Positions 1 to 12,554 are shown, counted from the stretch's first letter. The stretch: DNA of 64,000 bases from Hormiphora californensis (GCA_020137815.1 CM035359.1:3348001-3412000); one strand, 5' to 3'. Notes: generated by a model from the letters alone, not told the origin. Translations and numbers: made by a program.

Positions 1-180
1 ATTAGGGAATGGTTCTGAGCTGGAGTTTGCTGGGGGTGGAGGGGGAGTTAATTAGGGAATACTACTGAGCTGGATTTTGCTGGTGGGGTGGAGGGGGAGT
101 TAATTAGGGAATGGTTCTGAGCTGGAGTTTGCTGGGGGTGGAGGGGGAGTTAATTTACTGGGGGAGTTAATTAGGGAGTT
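1..180. repeat. ~50-bp tandem repeat
   Basis: TTAATTAGGGAATGGTTCTGAGCTGGAGTTTGCTGGGGGTGGAGGGGGAG, about 3 copies. Confidence 0.8.
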
Positions 181-244
181 ATTCTACTGGGTACTACGAA
201 TAAACCTACTGGGGAGTGGGGCATGCCTTGTACTACTTTTAATA

Positions 245-414
245 CAGTCGGACCCCGATTTAGGGGCCCCCGATTTAGTGGCACCCCGATTTAGGGAAAG
301 GATTTTCCCCCCGATATAGGAAATTTACCTTATTTGACCCCGATTTAGTGGACACCCCGATTTAGTGGACAAGAGCCTTTCCCCCGAGGGTGTCCCTAAA
401 TCGGGGTCCGACTG
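245..414. mobile_element. pogo/Tc1-mariner-type MITE (family A)
   Basis: TIR CAGTCGGACCCCGATTTA...TAAATCGGGGTCCGACTG flanked by TA. Confidence 0.85.
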
Positions 415-419
415 TAATA

Positions 420-3400
420 TTAAAACAATGAATTTAAGATGTTTGTACAACCTGTACAAACTTGTACACATGCCGGGTTACCTGCTATTAGATAGTAGAA
501 AATCCTGATGGCCTCATTGATTGTAGATACAGTCCATCCCTGGAGAGAGGAGAACAAATCCAACAGATTCATCAACTCCTGGTTATCATCTTCGGGGCTA
601 GAGGGGGCAGATTGTGTAGTAAAGAAATAGGTAGGCGTCCTCCCTTCTTTCGTTGTGTAAAGGTATGTTCCAGTAGGTGTGGTATCTTCCTGAGCTTCTT
701 CCTCTTCTTGTTCTTCTTCTTCATCTTCTTCTTCATCTTCCTCTACTTCTTCTTCCTCTTCTTCTTCCTCTTCCTCTTCCTCACCTTCCTCTACTTCCTC
801 TTCTTCTCCCTCTTCCTCTATACCGAGATGAGCGCTACCCTCACTGATTTCTGATTTGTTTTCAGCTAGGTCACCTTCCTCTTCCTCTTTAGTTATCTGT
901 GTAGGGGGCTGGGTGGTCTCCTCCCCACCATCCTCGGATCCCTCACCCTCAGTGGGACCAACCATCAGAGGAGGTGGTGTCTCCGTTGATCCTTCTAACG
1001 GCATCTTCAGGTGTTTCTTCCGTCCTCCCACACCACTCATTGGGCCCCCTTGAACACCCTCTCCCTCTAGATATCCAACCTGATAAAATAAGAAATAAAA
1101 ACGTAGTAAAAAAAATAAAATACGTAGTAAGAAAACATTTAATGATCTTATTAGTTTTGGAAAGTAAGTTTTTGAGAGAATGTCCTTTTACCTGACTTCC
1201 CCTCTGGAAATAAAATATCGATTTGGCGTGTTTCCTGGCCGGACTTCGCTTCTTGATGTTCAGGGCCTTGCCAATTTTAACTTTTCCATTGGGAAGACTC
1301 CTAAGGTAAAATAGAGAGCCAGGTCCGGAGCCTGTCCGGTGCCGTCTGATCTTGCTTTGGTGAAGACTTCGTTCTGAGAGGTTCAGTGTATCTTTTCCTG
1401 CGTCCTCGGCTGCAAGGCGATATAGGGGTGATATAGGGGTGATGGAGGGGTGATAGAGGGGTGATAGAAGGGTGATAGAGGGTGATGGAGGGGTGATAGA
1501 AGGGTGATAGAGGGTGATGGAGGGGTGATGGAGGGGTGATAAAGGGGTGATAAAGGGGTGATAAAGGGGTGATAGAGGGGTGATAGAGGGGTGATAGAGG
1601 GGTGATAGAGGGTGATAAAGGGGTGATAAAGGGGTGATAAAGGGGTGATAGAAGGGTGATGGAGGGGTGATGGAGGTGTGATAAATGGTTGATAAAGGGG
1701 TGATAGAGGGGTGATAGAGGGGTGATAGAGGCCCCCATAAAAAAGTCGCTTGGCAAATTCCCTCGTCGCTCGGCAATTGGTTCGGCAACAACAGGTGGTT
1801 TGCCGAGCCAGTCGCTCGGCTAATCAAGGAAGTCTCCGTGATTTCACCGCGTTCTTACAGAAAAAGCACATTTTTTCTGCACTTTGTATTTTTCAGCAGG
1901 AGATTTTGAAAAAAAGTGCTGAAAAAATGTACTTTTTCTGTAAGAACGCGGTGAAAACACGGCGACTTCCTTGATTAGCCGAGCGACTGGCTCGGCAAAC
2001 CACCTGTTGTTGCCGAACCAATTGCCGAGCGACGAGGGAATTTGCCAAGCGACTTTTTTATGGGGGGGGTGATAAAGGGGTGATAAAGGGGTGATAGAGG
2101 GGTGATAGAGATGTGATAAAGGGGTGATAAAGGGTGATAAAGGGGTAATAAAGGGGTGATAGAGGGGTTATAGAGGGGTGATGGAGGGGTGATAGAGGGG
2201 TGATAGAGGGTGATGGAGGGGTGATAGAGGGGTGATAAAGGGGTGATAGAGGGGTGACAAAGGGGTGATAGAGGGGTGATAAAGGGGTGATAGAGGGGTG
2301 ATGTGTAGTCGACGGCCGACGCGAGTAGGGAAGTAGAAGATGGGAACGGGCGGGAACGAAGTGAAGTGAAGTGAAGTGAAGTGAAGTGAAGTGAAGTGAA
2401 GTGAAGTGAAGTGAAGTGAAGTGAAGTGAAGTGAAGTGAAGTGAAGTGAAGTGAAGTGAAGTGAAGTGAAGTGAAGTGAAGTGAAGTGAAGTGAAGTGAA
2501 GTGAAGTGAAGTGAAGTGAAGTGAAGTGAAGTGAAGTGAAGTGAAGTGAAGTGAAGTGAAGTGAAGTGAAGTGAAGTGAAGTGAAGTGAAGTGAAGTGAA
2601 GTGAAGTGAAGTGAAGTGAAGTGAAGTGAAGTGACTCCCTCTAAGGGACGCGACCCAGAAGGGGCTTAATTCCATAAACGCCTGGTGTAAGACAGTAGGG
2701 CTCAAACTAAGTGCCCTGAAATCGCATGTAGTCATATTCACCCATCGAAAAAATGTGAAAATTGGAAACCCGATCAAAATTCAGGGTAACCCTATCAAAA
2801 TGTCCGAATCCACGAAGTTTCTAGGGATTACCCTTGACAGCAAACTGAACTGGAACGAGCACGTAAACAAACAAATAAAAAAAGCAAAAAATATCCTGAT
2901 GCAGTGCCGTAAAGTGGTGGGACCCACGTGGGGACTAAACCCTAAAACGGCCCTATGGATATACACTGCAATAGTGAGACCCACCTTATGCTACGGGGCA
3001 ATGGTCTGGGCTAATGCAATGCGAACCAAAACAAACAAAGAAAACATGATAAGGGTACAGAGGCTAGCACTCAAGATGGTAACTGGGGCCATGCCCTCGA
3101 CGCCATCAACAGCCCTAGACACAATCACAAACACCGCCCCGATCACCGACCATCTGAGGTACTGTGCAGCCAAAACTGCATACACCCTTATGGCAACGGG
3201 AGAATGGGAAGGGCCAATAAAATCAGACCTAAAGACCCCAAAAGTGTTCACTTCGCATGCCAACACGGTATCACGTGATCTCAGAACTCTGGAAGCAGAG
3301 GGCAGATGTCACGATCTCACAACCCCGGAACTCACCCTAGACAGGGAATTCTCGTTAGAGATCCCAGAAAGGGAGACGTTTTTGGAGGATGGAGACAAGT

Positions 3401-4969
3401 ACACGATAGTTGCACACACTGATGGGTCAAAAATTAACAACAATGCCGGTGCAGGATACATTATCCACTCTGGCGAAACAGAGCTAGCTCGAAATTCGTA
3501 TAACCTAGGCCCCGAAGGAACTGTCCCGGCGGCAGAAATGTATGCCATACAACAGACGGCTCAATATCTCCTGGATAGGGGAACAGCTAACGAGCGAATA
3601 CTCATAAACTGTGACAGTCAAGGGACAATAAAGACCCTAGACTCCACGACATGTAGATCAAAAACCACGATAAAGACTATCAAAAATCTGAACACCCTAG
3701 CCATATTCAACGATGTCATGATTAGATGGATCCCGGCCCATCAAGGGTACGATGGAAACGAAATAGCAGACATCTTGGCAAAAAGGGGTGCTCAGGAAAT
3801 CGAAGAAGTTACTCTCATACCAATTCCCAAAGCGGCAGCCTATGCAGCCCTCAGGGAGAAGGTTAAAACCGGACCCATCAAAAAAACCAAACATATGGAC
3901 ATGATGTGGACCGAAAGATATGAGAGACCTCTTCAAAAACTTAATAGAACAGACCTAAGGGCGGCGACACACCTACACACAGGGCACTGCCACCTTAACT
4001 ACCACATGAAAAAATTTAAAAAAGTCGAGACCACAACCTGTGCAGCATGTGGGATGGAAGACGAGACAATAAAGCATGTACTTACTGAATGCCCCGCCCT
4101 TTGGAAACTCCGACAGGAATCCTTTGACAGGCTGGGCCTCAGCATGTACGAAATTAGACACCATCAACCCCTTAGAAAAACGATCTCGTTCTATAAGAAG
4201 GCGATGGAGATACTTCACCCCCCTGAAACCACCCCTTAAAGGGAGGTTTCCCCTGTGACCTGGTATGGCACCAGCTCCCCAAGTCTCCTTGGGCCGAAGC
4301 AGTTGGCAACATACCAGCCACACCACCCAGGACGGGGAACGGGAGCCCCATGGCACCCACCCCTTACTGGCTAGTGCTCCGCACTAGCCAGCGTTCTCCC
4401 AGAAGAAGAAGAAGAAGAAGTGAAGTGAAGTGAAGTGAAGTGAAGTGAAGTGAAGTGAAGTGAAGTGAAGTGAAGTGAAGTGAAGTGAAGTGAAGTGAAG
4501 TGAAGTGAAGTGAAGTGAAGTGAAGTGAAGTGAAGTGAAGTGAAGTGAAGTGAAGTGAAGTGAAGTGAAGTGAAGTGACAAGGGACAAGGGACAAGGGAC
4601 AAGGGACAGGGGACAAGGGACAAGGGACATGAGGGGACAAGGGACAAGGGACAAGGGACAGGATCAATTAGGGTCAATTATGGGCCAATTAGGGACAATT
4701 AGGGACAAGGAAATTTTACCTATTCCTTCTGCTTCAGCACTTCGTTTATTCATTGTCAGGGGTGCTTCTCTTTCAAGTTCGCTTCTCATGAAGAAAATGG
4801 CATTATTGTCCGGCATCGACCTCTTTCCCAGTTTATCAGAACCGATTTGATCGGACCGTTTTGACCGGACAAGATATACCGTCTTACCACTATCAGCACG
4901 GTCTACTGGGGAGAAGATTGTTAGAAACAGAAAGGCCAGGACAATTAATTGTTTGGTGACGTAGTAGAC
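420..4969 (-). CDS. Secreted prohormone/neuropeptide-like or granin-like precursor, >=375 aa, 3 exons; start codon unresolved
   Basis: Exons 4969-4720, 1409-1192, 1079-420 join in frame through GT-AG introns (phases 1/1 and 0/0). Translation: VYYVTKQLIVLAFLFLTIFSPVDRADS GKTVYLVRSKR SDQIGSDKLGKR SMPDNNAIFFMRS...NKR...RRHR TGSGPGSLFYLRS...KKR SPARKHAKSIFYFQRG...GGRKK, then a poly-Glu tract and a Cys-containing C-terminus. An in-frame TGA at 4970-4972 means a small upstream exon is needed. Confidence 0.75.
1420..2302. repeat. 11-bp minisatellite (GGGGTGATAGA)n interrupted by the foldback element
   Basis: Visible directly in the sequence. Confidence 0.9.
1732..2066. mobile_element. 335-bp foldback (near-perfect palindrome) MITE-like element
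   Basis: Arms CCCCCATAAAAAAGTCGCTTGGCAAATTCCC... are complementary over ~150 bp; it sits inside the GGGGTGATAGA minisatellite. Confidence 0.75.
2358..2632. repeat. (GTGAA)n microsatellite, left of the retrotransposon
   Basis: Perfect pentamer array. Confidence 0.95.
2633..4420 (+). mobile_element. 5'-truncated non-LTR retrotransposon (I-group, Loa/R1-like) with RT C-terminus, RNase H and C-terminal zinc knuckle
   Basis: Frame open from ~2635 to 4239: KFLGITLDSKLNW, WGLNPK..IYTAIVRP, RNase H HTDGS...AEMYA...CDSQ...WIPAH..GNEIAD, and CAAC...H..C. 3' UTR hairpin at 4367-4391 and a (GAA)n tail; flanked by (GTGAA)n on both sides. Confidence 0.9.
4420..4710. repeat. (GTGAA)n followed by (GGGACAA)n
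   Basis: Visible directly in the sequence. Confidence 0.92.
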
Positions 4970-5444
4970 TCAGTCTTAATGCTGACAAACAGACAAGCAG
5001 GGCGCTCAGTTCGGGTCTGTCTGAGACTGTCATGCCAATGCTCGGACAGGTCTGAGACAGGTTGAACAATTCCACGCCACAGTTTTTAAAGAACATGTAC
5101 GGCGGTGCTATAGAACCCGTTTTGACCTGTCTGGCGCCGCGACCCCATCTGAGCGCACTGTTGAGAATCAAATGGGGTATGGCGCCGCCATACAGGTTTT
5201 GACAGGATGCTCAAATCGGACGTGGATGCCACCAGATAGCATACAACCTACCATGTCGAACTGAGCTCTCCCCCAGAGAAGCTAGTGCGAGAACTATCAT
5301 GACCGGAATTAGAACCATGTTAGTGATGAGCGGACCAAAATTACTAACGTTACCAAAATGAAACTGATTAGAATTGTTTAGGCGAACCCAGTGTTTTGAC
5401 TATCCCAATTTAAACATATGGGGTGTGATGCAAGCGAGAGGGAG

Positions 5445-5514
<70 letters not shown>

Positions 5515-5539
5515 TGAGAGAGAGAGAAAGAGAGAGAGT

Positions 5540-5617
<78 letters not shown>

Positions 5618-6901
5618 ATCACGCCACGTCAATGGATCAAGGTTAAATTTAAAACAAGCATCAGGTTTAAGATGTCATGATGTCAGATGAATGGAATTCG
5701 TTGGGCAAAGAGATCAGAAGGTTGTTAGACTGTCAGATCAGTTCTGTCAGCACGTGTTGCCTGAACTCTAGATCACTTATCGCTTCGTTCAAGAGAGAAT
5801 TAAGGCCTTATAAGGCCATAAAAAGACCTGTCGCAGACCCCATCTGAGCGCACTGTCAAATCGGGGTCTGGACAGCGGCTGACAGGGTTGGCTCGAGAGT
5901 TTTCCAAATCAAACTATGAAAAAATCTCGAACCGCCGTTCTGATGACAATGCTTCTTCAGACCCTCTGATCCCTGCCCAACGAACACCATGTTGATACCA
6001 CACACGCATCTGCTCCACTGATTCTTTCAATTAACGTTTTATTGATTATTGAATGGATCGGAGAGCCAGACACGGAGCTCAAAACCTGATGCTTGTGGTT
6101 AAAAACAAATTTAAACACGGATATTTTTTTAAATTCTCGCTTCATCATTTATTACATAAGTTAATAATTGGAATGAACACACACACACTCACTCGGGGTT
6201 ATATCAATATCATCTCATTAGCACAAGAGGGGAGCTGAAAAAGAGACACTCTGTATATAAATATCCTGTACTCAACTATAATATACTCCATTATCGAATA
6301 AACTTAATTCTTATGGTCCTTTTTAACTTGGTTTATATATTAATTTTTCAAAAGACGTCACACCCCTTATTTTACATTAGTTAGTCGAACAAAATAACTT
6401 TCTATCTGGCAACATGAATAATCGAATAATAAATAATTTGTCTTTCTGATTTTAATAAATTTCATTTTTAATAAAATATTCAGCTCTAAAAGTCATAAAT
6501 GATTTTTCAGGACTTCTTTCTCTCTCTTTCCGGTTTATAATTCCCACACATATAAATATTCAGGAAATCAAAACTCAGCCTAGTAACCATGGTAACCATA
6601 TAAATCTGATAGTTTAACACGGTTGTTTATAAATGATACATATAATATGTAGCCGGTGATGACATCACACTGTTTACGAAAAATAAAGATTGATTTTTCA
6701 CAATTCTCAGGATTATTTTAAAACAGAATTGCACTATCCTCTAAATCTCTAATTTTCGTAAACAGTTTCAGCATTCTGTCACGTGTTGAGTAAGTCGAGT
6801 ACTACCCAAAAAGATTTAACCTAGGTAATTGTCCCGCATCCTAGGGATCACTATGAACATTGTCCTACAAGCAGACATATATCTGAGAGATATAATATAG
6901 A

Positions 6902-6985
6902 CAGTCGGACACCGATTTACCGGGATGATCGGGGGAAAGGGTTTTGCCCGGTAAATCGGGGTTCTGGTAAATCGGGGTCCAACCG
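6902..6985. mobile_element. Family A MITE, short degenerate copy
   Basis: Same TIR with mismatches. Confidence 0.7.
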
Positions 6986-7176
6986 TATAGTTATATCGAG
7001 TTAGAAAACGGTACAAACGAAATGAATGGAGTGAAAAGAAATGGAAAATGTATATATTCGAGGCTCCATTTAATCAACCTAGGAAAATATTAGGGCCTTT
7101 ATCAACCCAGTTTCACCACGCCCCGCGTGAATACATTTAACAAGGCTTACCCGTGTGCTATACCAAGTTTATGAGG

Positions 7177-7285
7177 CAGGAACCGACCGAAACAAGTAAA
7201 CAACCAATCAGAACTCGTTATTTAGGTCACGTGACTGGTTATCAGACAATCAGCGACCAGTATTTCCTGATTCGGTCGGTTCCTG
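7177..7285. mobile_element. hAT-type MITE (family B)
   Basis: TIR CAGGAACCGACCGAA, near-perfect 8-bp TSD (t/g)tatgagg; further copies at 20834-20950 and 49906-50014. Confidence 0.8.
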
Positions 7286-7720
7286 GTATGAGGGTTCAAG
7301 ATCTCAGGCCAGGTATAATTTGAACTGTTTGTCCCGTCGCAGAAACAGTACGAACAGTTCAATATAAAACTAGCCTAGAATTAGTATCATCGAGACCAAG
7401 TAATGTTCAGTAGCAGACTATAATAGCTGATAGGTTAAAAAAGGGGGCTCATAGTCATTTGAAAGTTTCAAAATAGTCCTTATTAAATGGTTTGAAAGTT
7501 CTGAAATAAATTAGGCCAGAGAAATTATAGAACAGGGTGTTGTTCTTGAATGATTTGAGGAATTACATAACCGGGTATAGTACAGGTGTATACAGTAGGG
7601 TAGATGTGAGGTGTTGGTGTACGAACAGACACTCTAAGAAGGATGATCCATGTATTAACAACGCTAGTTAATATCAACTAACACACGCATACATTTTATC
7701 TAGATTAAATCTGAAAACTA

Positions 7721-10700
7721 TCATTTATAGAACCCACCGTCCATCTCTAATAATCGATCGATCTCTTCGTTACTTAAATTACTGTCCAAAATATCTAACT
7801 CAGATTGTTTTGTCGACGGTGATTCCTTCTCCGCTGTTTCGTTCAGATTAGGGATCGATAAGGGGGGCATGATCTGCTGGTGACTCGCTGATGACGTCAT
7901 CTGCTGTTGTTGTGACGTCATTATATGTTGTTGCTGTTGTGCAGCCAGGTGGTGGTACATAGAGGGATGGTAGGGTTGGGAGGAAGCGGGCATGTAACGA
8001 CCGTTAGTGCCACCAGGCCCACCAGGTCCTGATGCTGAAGCGGCGGCCGGGGCGCACATCTGAGAGGGGAGGGAGAGTTAGCAGGAGGTTTGGAGGAAGA
8101 GAAAATAGAGGGAGAGTTAGCAGGGGTTTGGAGGGAGAGAAAAGAGAGAGGGAGAGTTTTTTATAGAATACGATTGAGCAATACAAGGCTAACTTTAGAG
8201 GGAACATTATCTGATAGAAGGTTGAACGGGTGGGGGGTTGAACTTACATTGGGACGTCCCATGTGGTCCATTGGATATCCTCCCGGCTCTGATTTAGTTA
8301 CGTGTCCCTCAGTTTTTATCTCTGGAGAAAGAGAGAGATAATGTTATCATAGAGAGAGAGAATAGCGACGTTATGTTAAGTTATGTAACAACTAACAAAG
8401 CTCGAAGAACGGGGTAATGAGAAACGTCACCATTATAGCGACCTTTATTGATCTACAAAAAACACTACCATGATATCACACCCACCGGCCACCTCACACT
8501 ATAACTCACTTTGTTGTTGCTGCTGTTGCTGGAACAATTGTTGCTGCTGTTGTAGTGCCATCTGTTGCTGTTGCTGCTGATAATACTGTTGGTGGATGAA
8601 GTGTTGTTGTTGCTGAGGGGTCATGGGTTGCCCTGCTCGCGCTGCTGCAGCCCACATTTGTTGCATCATCTGGAGAATGGGGAGGGGGGTTTTAGATCTT
8701 GGAGACGGGGAAAGGGGTGTTAGAAAAGGGGGAGGAGGACGGAGGAAGTTGTTAGAGTAGATGTTAGGGGAGGTGGAGGAGGGTGTTAGAAAACAGGTTA
8801 GAGAAGGGTTAGATCATGGAGACGGGGGAATAGAGGTGTTAGGGAAGGGTTAGAGAAGGCCGAAGGGGATCACTCACATGAGGATCGTTACTGTTTGGGT
8901 GTCGCTGTTGTTGCTGTTGCATCTGGTAATACATTTGCTGCATGTGTTGCTGTTGCTGCTGCTGGAACAGCATGTAGTTCCTCTGTTGCAACTGTTGCTG
9001 GGTTATCTGGTGTTGGTGGTCGGCGCTAATGTAGTGCCCACTGGCCGTCATGTACTGGGGACCAGCCGCCTGAGAGGGGAGGGTGTTAGAAAGGGTGGGA
9101 ACTGGGAACTGAGGGAAGGGAGCTGGAGAGTGGCGAGGGAATTTTAGAAGGGGTGTGAGTAACTTCAGTAGGGACGAATCTCTCAAGACAGGATTCACTT
9201 ATCAATTGTGGAAATAGTTATGGTGGAACTAGAGTCAAATCATTTAGAGGCGTCGCTAGTAAGACCGGTGAGAGTGCTACAGAAATATATAGATAAGATC
9301 AACAGAAAGGAATCTTGCGGAGAGTGCCCTATCCAATATATTGTGGAGAGCTATACAACAGTAACAAAAGAAACGATCAATTTGAAAAAGAAACGATCAA
9401 TTTCTTGAAAAATTGCTCGTCTCATTTGTTAGATATCAGATCAACATGCACATGCTGGAAACATGCTCTGAGTGTAATGTGTAATGTACGGTATTTCGAG
9501 TGTTGCAGGTAGCATTTCGAGCAGCTCCAGCAGCAGGGGGGACGCGTTGTTGCTGTCCTGTTGTCTGTCTTGGTTTCTGTCTCCCTGCATTAACCTGCTG
9601 CGGTCCTCCACCGGGTGGGTGGGTCTGAGGTGGTGGACCTCCTCCTGGTCCCGGGGGGTGTGCCAGTTGGGTCCTCTGGTATTCCAAATCGGCTTGTTTC
9701 TGTCGCTTTTCAGACTGAAAAGAGGGAGGGGTTTTAGTTGGTGAGACACCGACTAGTAATTACCCAGTAACCATGGTAACCATTCAGTAACCATGGTAAC
9801 CATTCAGTTACCATGGCTACCATTCAGTAACCATGGCACTACTAAATTACCTGTCTGGCATGTTCCTTCAACTTTTTGTTCAGGATCTGTTTGCTAATTT
9901 TCTGATCCTCCGGGGGAGCTGCCGATGGAGGAGGCTGGGGAGGGGGTCCCGTTCTGAATCCTCCACTTGCTCCTATTTTGGAGAAAACTTGGGTTAGATA
10001 ATAACTCCATATCTTACCTTCCCTAGTATTTGGTAGGTGCTATACAATGCCACAATTCCAATTCTTGAGTTTCAGACCAAACTAATTGTGATTTGTGTGC
10101 TACCAACTTACCCATAGGTGTAGGTCCATAACCAGGTGACACTGTCACGTTGGGTACTTGTGGTCGAGATAACATGGTATCAGCACAAGATGTGCTCATC
10201 TTGGACCCTGTGTAGTGAACAATTTGAGAAATAGTATCTTTAGTGTAGAGATTATAATTAGTAGGAGTGTTAATAAGTAGGGATGCTAATTAGGCTACAG
10301 ATCTAGGAGAGTGTACTATATGATTATCATTTTTCAAGATCTGAATATGAGGGCTACCATTGTAACCATTGGTAACCATGGTAACCATGGTAACCAGGGT
10401 GGGGGAAGGTTCGTTACCTGATTGCGCCATCTGAAGGTGAGGGGATGAGGGCTGAAGGTTAGGGAACTGGGAGGATGGAATTCCTGAATTCTTTAATCCA
10501 GCAACACTCATGTGGTAGGACGTTCCTGAAAATTGTGTGCCCGTTTAGGAAAAGGGAGAGCGAAAGGGGGGGGGTGAGACAGAGAGAGGAAACGAGAGTG
10601 AAAGGAAGGGGAAACGAGAGTGAAAGGAAGAGGGAGGTAGAGGGTCCATAGATTGCCCTATATTCATAAAATGGATTCTAGAATTGAATTATAAAATTAT

Positions 10701-12516
10701 ATTCTAAAATTATCTGCGACATAGTTTCTAAAATTATCTGCCATATGCAGGAGTGAGCTCTTCAGGGTGACCAAGCGGTCTGGAACAAAACGCTGCCCGC
10801 GTGATCACGAAAACAGCAGGCGTTTTTAAACCGCTGTCGATGACAACACTTCCACATACCTTAGCAGGTAACCATGGTAACCATTGTTACTACATTGGTA
10901 ACCTTTGTTACTGCATTGGTAACCATGGTAACCATTGTTACTGCATTGGTAACCATGGTAACCATGGTAACTACTAACTAATTACCTGGCTGCATTGGTA
11001 CTGGTTGTCCATTGCTCATCATCAGAATGCCACTTGGCTGAGGACCGCCCATTCCCGGTGGAAGGGTCGGAACCCTGCCGGGTGGGTTCTGGGTATAAGG
11101 AGGGGGCGGTCGAGGTGAACCCCCCGTTGTAGGGATAGATGTCACAACCGCAGCAGGGGTAACTGTCTCGGGAGCTGCTGCTGTAGAGGTAGCTGTGGTA
11201 GCGGAGATGGTGATATTGGGTGGAGGTACCTGGGGGAGTGGGGGTGTTAGCCGCAAAGTTATTGTGTAGAATGGGGGAGTGGGGGTGTTACTTGTTAGCC
11301 GCAAAGTTATTGTGCGGAATGGGGGAGTGGGGGTGTTACTTGTTAGCCGCAAAGTTATTGTGCGGAATGGGGGAGTGGGGGTGTTAGCCGCAAAGTTATT
11401 GTGCGGAATGGGGGTACCTGAGGGAGTGGGGGTGTTAGCCGCAAAGTTATTGTGCGGAATGGGGGTACCTGAGGGAGTGGGGGTGTTAGCCGCAAAGTTA
11501 TTGTGCGGAATGGGGGTGTTACGCTGGCAAGAAAATATATACGATTGAGCTAGTTCCATACTAATTTGATTTCAATCGATATGATCCCTAAAATCTGCAC
11601 CTTGTTGAGTGGGGAAGGTTGCAGTCGAGGTTTTATATCCCCATTCTGGGGAGGTATACAGGGAGCCTGTGATTGAGGGGGTACACCGCCAACACCAACT
11701 GGCGGCTTCTGATCCTCCCCTTTGTCCCAGTCCTCTCCTCCGCCAAGAAATGACAAATCTAAGAAGAAATTGCATAATTAATTGATGAATTAATAAATTA
11801 ATTAGCTTTGTATTCAAAGACTAGTTAAACTACCTCCGTTTTCCATGATGAGGTCACAGTTTGTGAATATATCATCAAGATCATCGCCGTTCACGTCTTC
11901 AATACCATAATTAGGCTTCTTAGACGCACTTTCCAGCTTTGTAGGTGACGGGGACCTCTTGGCCTAGAAAAAGAGAGAAGGTGGTGGATTAGAGTGGGGG
12001 GGGGGGTAAAGAAGTAGCACCGCAAATACATGGCACCTGGCCAGCTGTGTGTCTTGCAAGTGATTAGTCACTAAGCACCTTGTGCAAAGAAGACTTTTTA
12101 TTTTGTCTTTGTTGCAAACTGGTATGTGGTCTAACATTGAGTAACTTATTGAGTTTTCTAAAATTCCCCGAGGACCGAGGTGGGCCCTAAGATCATGTTT
12201 TTGTCTTCTGACAAGACAAACTACAAAGTACTAAAATCTACAAGGTATCCGACAAGTAAAGATCTTTCTACGCTCAAAAGATCGAGTCTCTTTTTTATCT
12301 CACCAGAGGGTGGAGCTTTAACCAAGACAATCATTGTTTTTGTATTCCTTTTATGTACATTTAATTAATTAATTAATTAATTGATTTTATGACAGATATT
12401 CTTTACCCTTCCTATTGACACCATGAGTGTAAAATGAACAATGATTTATTGTGAATTGCGGCGTGAGTTTGTGTACTCTGTGGTAGAGACAGAAAAATAG
12501 AGAGAGAGCGAGAGAG

Positions 12517-12554
<38 letters not shown>

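Noticed and set aside
949-1827. 292-aa minus-strand ORF as a standalone gene
   Set aside because: Only 1409-1192 is a real exon; the rest is palindrome, minisatellite and intron read-through.
5378-5690. SLSL/RERE, HTHT/CVCV and HFTSL ORFs here and throughout the window
   Set aside because: Translations of (AG)n, (AC)n and (GTGAA)n microsatellites.
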